Source of the DNA: Vicinamibacteria bacterium
Lineage (GTDB): Bacteria > Acidobacteriota > Vicinamibacteria > Marinacidobacterales > Marinacidobacteraceae
Assembly: GCA_963555995.3 (NCBI GenBank)
Contig: OY821641.1
Location: 3,520,001 to 3,584,000, forward strand
Direction: 5' to 3'
Length of the DNA: 64,000 bases
Shown: in pieces, positions 55,882 through 64,000 of the stretch
How positions within the stretch are numbered: position 1 is the stretch's first letter
Layout: each line of letters opens with the position of its first letter
The notes under the pieces: generated by a model
Database searches by the model: none
What the model was told of the DNA's origin: nothing
What the model saw: the letters and a program-made list of their open reading frames with translations, nothing else
Translations under genes and position numbers: made by a program

Positions 55882-57069
55882 ATGCCGCAGTCGTGGATTC
55901 CCCGGACGCTCGAACCGGTGCTCGACGGCCCGGCCGAAGCGCTCCGGCTCTTTCCCGTGTGGCTGCTGCTCGGGCCGCGGCAGGTCGGCAAGAGTTCCCT
56001 GCTGCATCGGTGCTCCAAGGGTCACGCCTTCGTCAACCTCGACGATCTCGAGGTGCGCGCACGGGCCACCGGCGATCCGGTCCTGTTCATGCGGGACCTC
56101 CGGCCGCCCTTCGTCATTGACGAGATCCAGTACGCGCCGGAACTGCTCAGTCCGATCAAGCGGATCGTGGACGAGGGCGCCCTGGAGCCCGGGGCGATCC
56201 GGCTGACGGGCTCCCAGAACTTCCGGGTGATGCAGGGCGTCACGGAAACGCTCGCCGGGCGGGTCGCGATTCTCAATCTCCTGGGGCTCACGGGGGAAGA
56301 AAAGAGGATCGTGGACCCGCTGACGCCGGGCGAGTACTTCGCCCGACTGCTGGAAACCGGTTTCCCCCGCCTGGCCGGCGTCCCCGAGGGCGCGGCCCGC
56401 GATCTCTACCTTTCGTCCTACGTCCAGACCTACATCGAGCGGGACGTGCGCGAGTTGCTCCGCATCGGCAAGCGCCGCGAGTTCGAGACGTTCGTCCGGC
56501 TGGCGGCGCTTCGTACCGGGCAGGTGGTGAACGTCCAGGACCTGGCCCGCGACGCGGGCGTCTCGCCGGCCACCGTCCGGGAGTGGCTCAGCCTGCTGGA
56601 GGACAGTTTCCTGATCCGGCTCGTCTCCCCGTATTTCACGAACCGGACGCGCCGGATGACGAAGAGCCCGAAGCTCTACTTCCTGGATGCCGGACTCGCC
56701 GCCTGGCTGGGCGGCTGGAGGACCGGCGACCAGGCCCGCCTGGGACCGATGGGCGGCGCCCTCTTCGAGACGCAGGTCTTCTCCGAGATCCTCCGCCGCT
56801 TTCGCCACCGGGCCGCCGAGGTCGAGATCCATTTCTGGCGCACCCGCGACGGACAGGAGATTGACTTCCTGGTCGAACACGCGGGCAAGGTCTGGCCGGT
56901 CGAGGTGAAGCTCGGCTCTCCGCGGGCCGGGCGCCTTCCGCGGCTCGATCGGATCGGCGGCCCGAACTGGCAGGCCGGCCAGCTCGTCTCCCTCGCCGCG
57001 CCGGAAGAACCGGTCCGCATTCGCGCGGACTGGACTCTCTCAACCCCGTCGGCGCTCGAACTTGGCTGA
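55882..57069 (+). CDS. AAA+ ATPase with DUF4143 (PD-(D/E)xK-like) C-terminus
   Basis: GPRQVGKSS, IDEIQY, LTGS, ETLAGR, TYIERDV, KSPKLYFLDAG, EIDFLV..VEVK. Confidence 0.92.
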   Translation: MPQSWIPRTLEPVLDGPAEALRLFPVWLLLGPRQVGKSSLLHRCSKGHAFVNLDDLEVRARATGDPVLFMRDLRPPFVIDEIQYAPELLSPIKRIVDEGALEPGAIRLTGSQNFRVMQGVTETLAGRVAILNLLGLTGEEKRIVDPLTPGEYFARLLETGFPRLAGVPEGAARDLYLSSYVQTYIERDVRELLRIGKRREFETFVRLAALRTGQVVNVQDLARDAGVSPATVREWLSLLEDSFLIRLVSPYFTNRTRRMTKSPKLYFLDAGLAAWLGGWRTGDQARLGPMGGALFETQVFSEILRRFRHRAAEVEIHFWRTRDGQEIDFLVEHAGKVWPVEVKLGSPRAGRLPRLDRIGGPNWQAGQLVSLAAPEEPVRIRADWTLSTPSALELG

Positions 57070-57127
57070 GCGCCGGCGGTTGCGCGTTGACGCTTCGTCA
57101 ACACCCGGAAAACGACGCAAACGGCTT

Positions 57128-57265
57128 GGAGCGCCGGCTTCAGCCGGCACTGCACGACGCTCGACAGCCGTATTGCGCCGGGGCCGGTTGGTCGCGCCAT
57201 CCTGGCCGGGGCGCGCCGCGCCGCTGCGGCCCTGCGGGCCGCGTGCCGGCTGAAGCCGGCGTTCC
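57128..57265. repeat. REPIN-like inverted REP pair between convergent genes
   Basis: GGAGCGCCGGCTTCAGCCGGCAC at 57128-57150 and its inverse at 57243-57265. Confidence 0.85.
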
Positions 57266-57316
57266 AAGCCGGAGGCAATGTGCGCTGGTTGACGTCTCGC
57301 GTGGCAGGGACAGGAA

Positions 57317-59428
57317 TCAGGTCGCCATGCCCTGGAGCATGGTGACGATGTCCTGTTCCACCTGCTGGATGTCGGCTTCGATGTCCTCCAGCGGGCGGGG
57401 CGGGCGGTACTCGTAGAAGGTGCGGTTGAAGTTGATCTCGTAGCCGACGAGGCCGACCTGGCCGTCGTGGGGGTCGCGGCGGGTCTCGTCAATCCAGGCG
57501 TCGGGGACGTGGGGCCGCACCTCGCGCTCGAAGAACGCCTCGATGTCCTCGCGGAGCGGGACGTTCTCCGTGTCGCGGAGGTCCGGGTCGGGCTCGGGGC
57601 GGCCCTCCGGGTCCCGGCAGACCGCCGCCTGCTCGTTGCGCGCGGAGAGCGCGGCGAGGACCGCCTTGCGGAGGGGCGCGGGGAGCTTCAGCTTCGCTTC
57701 CTCCGCCGCCTGCGACAGCGCCGCGTCGAACTCGGCGCGGTCGAGGAAGAGCCGGTCGGGCAGGGTGCGGAGCATCGCCCGGATGGCGTCCTGCCGGGCG
57801 CGGCCCGCCTCCTCGTCCTTCGCCCGGGCCTCGCCCCGCTTGCGGGAGACGGCGAGGTTGGCGAACGGCTTCCGCTCGTCGAGCCGGGCGATCCGCTCGG
57901 GGCTGGCCCGGAAGTCGAGCCGGAGCGGGCGCTCGACGGTGATCTTGCGGTAGCCGAAGTGGGTGGTCGGGTAGATGCGGCTGACGACGGCCTCGCGTTC
58001 CCCGCCGCCCTCGGGGACCGAACGCTGCGCGCCGTCCTCGAAGTCGGCGAGCAGGCGCAGCACGTCTTCCTTGCGCTCGAAGGGGACCTCGCGGCGCTTG
58101 GCGCCGAGGCTCTTGCGGAGCGGCGTCCAGAACGAGGTCGCGTCCACGAGCTGGACCCGGCCCTGGCGTTCGGGCCGCTTCCGGTTGGTGAGCACCCAGA
58201 CGTAGGTCGCGATGCCGGTGTTGTAGAAGAGCTGCTCGGGCAGCGCGATGAGCGCTTCGAGGAGGTCGTTCTCGAGGATCCAGCGGCGGATCTCGCTCTC
58301 GCCGCTGCCGGCGTCGCCGGTGAAGAGCGGCGAGCCGTTCATGATGATGGCGACCCGCGAGCCGCCCTCGGACGGCGCCTTCAGGTGGGCGAGCATGTGC
58401 AGGAGGAAGAGCAACTGGCCGTCGCTGATCCGCGGCAGGCCCGGCGCGAAGCGGCCGGCGGCGCCCCGGTCGTGCTCGGCCCTGACGGCGTCCTGATCGC
58501 GCTTCCAGTCCTTGCCGTAGGGGGGGTTGGCGATCAGGTAGTCGAAGGCCGCGGCGCCGTGCCGGTCGTTCGCGAGCGTGCTGCCGTAGAGGATGCGCTC
58601 CGCGTCGCGGCCGTCCTCCGACTTCATGAAGAGGTCGGACTTGCAGATGGCGAAGGTCTCCGGGTTCACCTCCTGGCCGAACAGGTGCACGTCGGCGTCC
58701 GGGTTCACGGCGTCGCTGCTGCGCTCGCCGTCGCGCGTCTCCCCGGCGGTGATGTGCTCCTTGGCGATGGTGAGCATCCCGCCCGAGCCGCAGCAGGGGT
58801 CGCAGACGCTCAGCACCACGCCTTTCGTGCGCAGCCGCTCCTCGTCGCCGGCTAGCAGCAGGTCCACCATGAGATGGACGACGTCGCGCGGGGTGAAGTG
58901 CTCGCCGGGGTTCTCGTTCAGCGCCTCGTTGAACTTGCGGATGAGCTCCTCGAAGATGGTGCCCATCGTGGGGTTGTCCACGGCGTCCGGGTGGAGGTCC
59001 ACCTTCGGGTCGCCGAACCGCTGCACGACCTGGAACAGGAGACCCGCTTCGTCCAGCTTGGAGATCGTGTTGTCGAAGTCGAAGCGGTCCAGCACCTCGC
59101 GCATGTTGGGGCTGAACCCGGCGATGTAGCGGCGCAGGTTGTCCGCGAGCTGGGGGGCGTCGGCGAGCAGCTTCGGGAAGTCGTATTTCGAGGTGTTGTA
59201 GAAGGCGAAGCCCGAGGCGTTCCGGAGCAGGTGGTCGAGGTTCCCGATCCGGTTCTGGTAGCGGGCCTGGACCTCCAGAACCCTCGGCTTCGTGGGGGCG
59301 AGCACGCAGTCGAGGCGGCGCAGCACGGTGAGCGGCAGGATCACGTCCTGGTACTTGCCGCGCTTGAAGGTGTCGCGGATCAGGTCCGCCACGCCCCACA
59401 GGAAGCTGACGATCTGGCTGTGGTTCAT
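57317..59428 (-). CDS. hsdM: Type I R-M methyltransferase subunit
   Basis: FLWGVADLIRD, GEHFTPRDVV, DPCCGSGGML, ANPPYG, LFYNTGIATY, GYEINFNR. Confidence 0.95.
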   Translation of the reverse strand: MNHSQIVSFLWGVADLIRDTFKRGKYQDVILPLTVLRRLDCVLAPTKPRVLEVQARYQNRIGNLDHLLRNASGFAFYNTSKYDFPKLLADAPQLADNLRRYIAGFSPNMREVLDRFDFDNTISKLDEAGLLFQVVQRFGDPKVDLHPDAVDNPTMGTIFEELIRKFNEALNENPGEHFTPRDVVHLMVDLLLAGDEERLRTKGVVLSVCDPCCGSGGMLTIAKEHITAGETRDGERSSDAVNPDADVHLFGQEVNPETFAICKSDLFMKSEDGRDAERILYGSTLANDRHGAAAFDYLIANPPYGKDWKRDQDAVRAEHDRGAAGRFAPGLPRISDGQLLFLLHMLAHLKAPSEGGSRVAIIMNGSPLFTGDAGSGESEIRRWILENDLLEALIALPEQLFYNTGIATYVWVLTNRKRPERQGRVQLVDATSFWTPLRKSLGAKRREVPFERKEDVLRLLADFEDGAQRSVPEGGGEREAVVSRIYPTTHFGYRKITVERPLRLDFRASPERIARLDERKPFANLAVSRKRGEARAKDEEAGRARQDAIRAMLRTLPDRLFLDRAEFDAALSQAAEEAKLKLPAPLRKAVLAALSARNEQAAVCRDPEGRPEPDPDLRDTENVPLREDIEAFFEREVRPHVPDAWIDETRRDPHDGQVGLVGYEINFNRTFYEYRPPRPLEDIEADIQQVEQDIVTMLQGMAT

Positions 59429-60582
59429 GGGGCGATTCCCTCTTCGAGCGCCTCGAGATACCCGTCGTAGGCGAACAGGCGGTTCCGGCGCTTCCCAGTG
59501 AGTTCCCGGGCGATTCCGTATTCCACCAGCGTGTCCATGGCGGAGGCCGCCGTTCCGTAGGCCAGGTGGGTCCGTGCGCAGGCGGCCCGCAGCGAGAGGA
59601 TGGGACGCTCCTTCAGGGCGTCGTGAACGCGGATCGCCGAACTCGCGCGCCGGCCCGCCTTCCGCGCCAGCCGGTCCCGGTCGTCCTGGAACATCCGCGA
59701 AAGTCGCCCGGCCGTGGTGATGGCGTGTTCCGAGACCTGTTGCACTCCTTCCAGGAAGAACCCGATCCACGCTTCCCAGTCGCCGGTCCGCCGGACGTCG
59801 TTGAGCAGCTCGTAGTAGGTCGCCCGGTGCTGCTTGAGATACAGGCTCAGGTAGAGAAGGGGTTGCCGGAGCACCCCGGCCTGACACAGCAGCAGCGTGA
59901 CGAGCAGCCGGCCGATCCTGCCGTTTCCGTCGAGAAACGGGTGGATCGTCTCGAACTGCACATGGGCGAGCCCCGCCCGCACCAGCGCCGGGAGATTGTC
60001 GGTTTCGTCGTGGAGGAACCGCTCCCATGCGCTCATGCAGTCCGGCACGGCGTCCGCCGGAGGGGGGACGAAGTGGGCGTTGCCGGGCCGGGCGCCGCCG
60101 ATCCAGACCTGCGAGCGGCGGAACTCGCCGGGGTCCTTGTCGCTGCCCCGGCCGTGGGCCAGCAGGACGCCGTGGATTTCCCGGATCAGGCGGTTCGAGA
60201 GGGGGAAGTCCTGGAGGCGTCCAAGGCCGTGGTCGAAGGCCGCCACGTGGTTCGAGACTTCGCGGACATCGTCGAGCGGCGCTCCCGGAGCTTCCTCCAG
60301 TTCGAACAGCAGGAGGTTGGACAGCGTGGACTGGGTCCCCTCGATCTGTGACGACAGCACGGCCTCCTTGCGCACGTAGGAGTAGAGGAACAGGGCCGGG
60401 TTCGGGAAGAGTCCCGAGATGCCGTCGAGGCGTCCGAGGGCGAGACCCGCGCCTTCGAGCGCCCGCGGCAGTGGTCCGTCGAGCCGGAGGGGCGGATCCG
60501 GCGGCAGGGGCGCCGGCACGAAGGCGCGAACCGCTTCACCGGTGGTGGCGATGGTCCGGTACGAGCCGGTTGTCCGCTGCAT
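59425..60582 (-). CDS. Fic family protein (internal inhibitory motif, C-terminal HTH)
   Basis: HPFLDGNGRIGR catalytic motif, SSQIEG inhibitory helix, ELTGKRRNRLF C-terminus. ATGA coupling to hsdM. Confidence 0.93.
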   Translation of the reverse strand: MQRTTGSYRTIATTGEAVRAFVPAPLPPDPPLRLDGPLPRALEGAGLALGRLDGISGLFPNPALFLYSYVRKEAVLSSQIEGTQSTLSNLLLFELEEAPGAPLDDVREVSNHVAAFDHGLGRLQDFPLSNRLIREIHGVLLAHGRGSDKDPGEFRRSQVWIGGARPGNAHFVPPPADAVPDCMSAWERFLHDETDNLPALVRAGLAHVQFETIHPFLDGNGRIGRLLVTLLLCQAGVLRQPLLYLSLYLKQHRATYYELLNDVRRTGDWEAWIGFFLEGVQQVSEHAITTAGRLSRMFQDDRDRLARKAGRRASSAIRVHDALKERPILSLRAACARTHLAYGTAASAMDTLVEYGIARELTGKRRNRLFAYDGYLEALEEGIAP

Positions 60583-60608
60583 CGTGGGTTCTTTTCCTGC
60601 GTCGAGTT

Positions 60609-60782
60609 CTGGAATAACGGATCTCGTTATTTCAATCAGACCGGGAAAAAGGGAATAACTATTCCGAGTCGAAAGTCACAGGGATTGAAATAAGAGAATT
60701 CCTTATTTCAACCAAGGATTGTATCTTGGAATAGGAAAAAGATTCAGAGCAGTCGTTGAAATAAGGGAAAGCCTTATTTCAA
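60609..60782. promoter_or_regulatory. Three TTGAAATAAG-N7-CTTATTTCAA-type palindromes upstream of fic-hsdM
   Basis: At 60609-60635 (imperfect), 60685-60711 and 60756-60782, in an AT-rich region. Confidence 0.8.
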
Positions 60783-60866
60783 CAAACGCTTCGATTCTGG
60801 AACAAGGGTGTTCGGAATCCCTTCGAACCGAACCGGGACCGAAACTCCCGGTGTTACGTCGCCCTA

Positions 60867-60919
60867 TGACGTTGCGCCAATGTGTGTGGCGTTGCGCCAT
60901 ACGGCGTGGCGTTACGCCA
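60867..60919. promoter_or_regulatory. Three TG(G/A)CGTT(A/G)CGCCA boxes with 20-bp period
   Basis: Copies at 60867, 60887 and 60907. The last, TGGCGT-T-ACGCCA, is a perfect palindrome. Confidence 0.6.
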
Positions 60920-60963
60920 CGGGGCGAATCAGCGATGGGAGTTTCGTCCCCTCCGGGGGACGA

Positions 60964-60987
60964 TGCCGGTCTGAAGACCGGCGCTCC
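60964..60987 (-). repeat. REP hairpin
   Basis: TGCCGGTCTGAAGACCGGCGCTCC. Confidence 0.8.
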
Positions 60988-61087
60988 GGGCTGACGCTCA
61001 CTCTTGCGCGGTTTTCCGGGCGGTCCCTATACTCGTTCCCTCTCACCATTGAAGGACGGAGATCCTCGTGCACCCGGGAGGTGGCTG

Positions 61088-63976
61088 ATGCGCAGACGAT
61101 TTACCAGGCTCGCGGTCTTCGGGATCGCGGCGGCGCTGGCGGTTCCAGCCGGCGCGCAGGAACTCAGGGGCCGGCTGGTCGGGACGGCGAGCGACGCGAC
61201 CGGAGCGGTGCTTCCGGGCGTGACGGTCACCGCCTCCAGTCCGGCGATGATCCAGGACCAGGTGGCGGTCACCGGCGGCCAGGGGACCTACGTGTTCCCG
61301 GCGCTGCCCACCGGGGTGTACACGGTCACCTTCTCCCTCGGCGGCTTCAGCACGGTGGTCCGGGAGAACATCCAGATGACCCTGAACACCACCCTGACCG
61401 TGAACGCCACGCTCGAGGTGGGGACGCTCGAGGAGACGATCACGATCACCGGCGAGGCGCCGGTGGTGGACGTGAAGACCACCGCCACCGGCGTGAACTT
61501 CACCGAGGAACTCCTCGAGGACATCCCGAACGCCCGGGACATCTGGGCGGCGATGGCGCAGGCCCCCGGCTTCCAGATGGAGGGCTACGACGTGGGCGGC
61601 TCGCACACCGGCACCCAGACCGGGTTCCAGGCGTTCGGGTTCGGCGACCAGCACCGCACCCTGCTCGAAGGCATCAACGTCACCGAGACCACCTCGGGGA
61701 ACGCCGGCTACTTCGACTACGGCAGCTTCGAGGACTTCCAGCTCGGCGGCTCCGGGAACATGGGCGAGACCCACGGGCTCGGCGCCTTCTTCAACCTCAC
61801 CGTGAAGTCCGGCGGGGACCGTTTCAACGGCGACATCTACGTGGACTTCGAGAACGACTCCACCGTCGGCGACAACGTCCCGGACGCGCTCCGGACCGGC
61901 GGCGGCACGCAGGGCCCCTACAAGGCGGGGTCCAAGGGACTCGAGGCCGGCAACCCGATCACGCTGCAGAGCGACATCAACATCGGGATCGGCGGACCGC
62001 TCTATCCGGGCAAGGCGTGGTTCTACGCCGGCTACCGGCTGAACCACCAGGAGAAGCTGACCATCGGGAACCCCGATCCGGCGACCACGCAGCTCGGCAA
62101 CTGGACCGCCAAGGCGACCTACCAGCTCACCGACTCCAGCCAGTTGATCGGTTTCTTCAACCGGCGCACCAAGCTGCAGGCGGAGCGGAACCTGGGTCCC
62201 TCGGTGCCGCTCGACGCGGCCTGGTACCAGAGTTCGGTGAACAAGCCGATGAAGTTCGAGTACACGAACGTGGTCACCGAAAAGGTCTTCCTGAACCTGC
62301 AGCTCAGCCACTGGATCAACCAGTTCCCGCTCTTCCCGACCGCCACGAAGTCGGAGAGCGTCGAGGGGCTGCCCGCCGGCCGGCTCGAGGTGAATACCGG
62401 GGACCTCACGAACGCGAACAGCTACTACCACCTCCGCAACGTCACGAAGCCGCAGATCTCCGGCAACCTGACCTACTTCGCCGACGACTTCGCCGGGCAG
62501 CACACCTTCAAGATCGGAACCGAGATCTACCGGGAGCGCCGCAAGTTCCTGCGGATGCAGCCGGAGGACATCTTCTACCGCGACGTTGACGGCGTCCCGA
62601 GCGAGGTGGACATCTACAACACCCCGAACACCGGCATCAACGACATCTTCCTCACCTCGGTGTACGCGCAGGATTCCTGGACGCTCAACAACCGGCTGAC
62701 CCTGAACCTCGGCTTCCGGTTCGACCGCTACAAGATGGGATGGCCGGACAACTCCCTTTCGCCCACCCATTCGGACATCTTCCCGCCGCTCGAGGTGTCG
62801 CAGCGGGATGTCCTGACCCTCTCCAACATCGGCCCGCGCCTCGGCGCCGCGTTCGATCTGACCGGACAGGGCGAGACGGTGCTGAAGCTCTTCTTCGGGC
62901 GCTTCTACTGGAACCCGAGCACCACCATCGTGGACGACGAGAACCCGGTGGGGCAGGCGGCGTTCCGCTACGCGTTCAACGACCTGAACGGGAACCGGGT
63001 GCTCGATCCCGGCCCGAGCGGTGGGCTGGCCGATTCACCGGAACTGGGCGACAAGCTGAGAACGCTGGGCGGCGCCGGGTTCGTGACCGTGGACCCGGGC
63101 CTGACGAACGCCTACGGCCACGAGATGTCGGCGCATTTCGAGCAGCAGATCGCGGACAACTTCTCCTTCCGGGGCTCCTACGTCCACAAGAACTCGCGGA
63201 ACGGCTACGGGATCGTGGACCTGAACCGCGCCTTCGCCTACGGCATCCCGTACACCTGGGAGGATCGCGGGCCGGACAACGTCGCGGGCACCGGCGACGA
63301 CCAGACGATCCAACTCACCGACCGGCAGCCCGGGATTCCGGAGGACCGCCGGTACGTGAACCCGGGCGCCTACGGGCTTCCTGACCCGGACGGCAACTAC
63401 CACACGGTGGAAGTGGCGCTGAACCGCCGGTTCGCGGACCGCTGGATGTTCCTGACCTCGTTCCTCCACACCTGGGCGAACGCCTACATGAGGACCACGT
63501 CCTCCGGGAGCGTGCGGGCGGCCGCCCGCTTCGACTTCGTCGAGGGCACGACCTACGAGTGGCGGGCGAACCAGTCGCTCCGGCTGGGGCCGATTGACAC
63601 CACCTACTGGAACTACAAGCTGGTGGCGCGCTACATCTTCCCCTACGACATCGGGGTGAGCGCCTCCTACAAGCTCCAGAGCGGGTATCAGACCGGCCGC
63701 CGGGTCAGCGTGCGGCTGCCGAACGCCGGGACCGAGCGGGTGATGCCGGACGGCTACAACGACCGCGCGCCGAACGTCGGCATCTTCGACATGCGCGCCG
63801 AGAAGTCGTTCAACATCATGGGAGGGGCGACCATGGCCCTGCTGTTCGACGGCTTCAACCTGACCAATAGCGCCACCGTCCTGAACTACCGGACCATCGG
63901 GGGCTCCCGCTACAACGAGATCATCGCGATCCTCGACCCGCGGGTCTTCCGCCTCGGCGTCCGGATCGAGTTCTGA
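61088..63976 (+). CDS. Oar-like TonB-dependent outer-membrane receptor with N-terminal carboxypeptidase-regulatory-like domain
   Basis: Signal peptide, GTASDATGAVLPGVTVT, KSGGDRFNG, YAQDSW..LTLNLGFRFD, PRLGAAFDLTG, terminal PRVFRLGVRIEF. Confidence 0.93.
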   Translation: MRRRFTRLAVFGIAAALAVPAGAQELRGRLVGTASDATGAVLPGVTVTASSPAMIQDQVAVTGGQGTYVFPALPTGVYTVTFSLGGFSTVVRENIQMTLNTTLTVNATLEVGTLEETITITGEAPVVDVKTTATGVNFTEELLEDIPNARDIWAAMAQAPGFQMEGYDVGGSHTGTQTGFQAFGFGDQHRTLLEGINVTETTSGNAGYFDYGSFEDFQLGGSGNMGETHGLGAFFNLTVKSGGDRFNGDIYVDFENDSTVGDNVPDALRTGGGTQGPYKAGSKGLEAGNPITLQSDINIGIGGPLYPGKAWFYAGYRLNHQEKLTIGNPDPATTQLGNWTAKATYQLTDSSQLIGFFNRRTKLQAERNLGPSVPLDAAWYQSSVNKPMKFEYTNVVTEKVFLNLQLSHWINQFPLFPTATKSESVEGLPAGRLEVNTGDLTNANSYYHLRNVTKPQISGNLTYFADDFAGQHTFKIGTEIYRERRKFLRMQPEDIFYRDVDGVPSEVDIYNTPNTGINDIFLTSVYAQDSWTLNNRLTLNLGFRFDRYKMGWPDNSLSPTHSDIFPPLEVSQRDVLTLSNIGPRLGAAFDLTGQGETVLKLFFGRFYWNPSTTIVDDENPVGQAAFRYAFNDLNGNRVLDPGPSGGLADSPELGDKLRTLGGAGFVTVDPGLTNAYGHEMSAHFEQQIADNFSFRGSYVHKNSRNGYGIVDLNRAFAYGIPYTWEDRGPDNVAGTGDDQTIQLTDRQPGIPEDRRYVNPGAYGLPDPDGNYHTVEVALNRRFADRWMFLTSFLHTWANAYMRTTSSGSVRAAARFDFVEGTTYEWRANQSLRLGPIDTTYWNYKLVARYIFPYDIGVSASYKLQSGYQTGRRVSVRLPNAGTERVMPDGYNDRAPNVGIFDMRAEKSFNIMGGATMALLFDGFNLTNSATVLNYRTIGGSRYNEIIAILDPRVFRLGVRIEF

Positions 63977-64000
63977 TCGGGTCCTGACCCACGCGGGGCG

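Noticed and set aside
48700-60960. Prophage or integrative element carrying the defence island
   Set aside because: No integrase, tRNA attachment site or flanking direct repeats were recognised.
1-64000. tRNA, rRNA, riboswitch, reverse transcriptase or RAYT genes
   Set aside because: None recognisable by eye. A covariance-model scan (tRNAscan-SE, Rfam) would be needed to exclude small RNAs.

Overview
Very GC-rich bacterial DNA from a diderm organism. The Oar-like TonB-dependent receptor and the gene style suggest Acidobacteriota (inference). In order, the window holds: (1) a translationally coupled heme operon (hemA-C-D-B-L, two-component system, hemE, hemQ/chdC-like, hemH) with a monoamine-oxidase-like gene where hemY would be expected; (2) a nested palindromic repeat block; (3) an exported selenoprotein that the ORF track splits in two (CxxU thioredoxin motif, SECIS-like hairpin, CxxCH motif, PDZ-like domains); (4) assorted metabolic and transport genes, including an ACC deaminase; (5) a dinJ-yafQ-like toxin-antitoxin pair; (6) a five-gene cluster of FAH hydrolase, P450, HemN-like radical SAM, flavin halogenase-like enzyme and acyl-CoA ligase; (7) an ISL3 element with ~100-bp inverted repeats inserted into a REP unit; (8) a ~12-kb defence island. 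In the island, the type I R-M subunit HsdR is fused to a C-terminal Schlafen/AlbA_2 domain with intact catalytic-type residues. HsdS is preceded by a 10-copy 13-mer array. Four antitoxin genes are present without their toxins, alongside an AAA/DUF4143 gene and a Fic gene. About 25 copies of a REP-like hairpin (consensus GGGAGCGCCGGTCTTCAGACCGGCAC) are scattered through the window, some of them in frame inside genes. No tRNA, rRNA or CRISPR array was recognised. All protein family calls come from motif recognition by eye, not from database searches.
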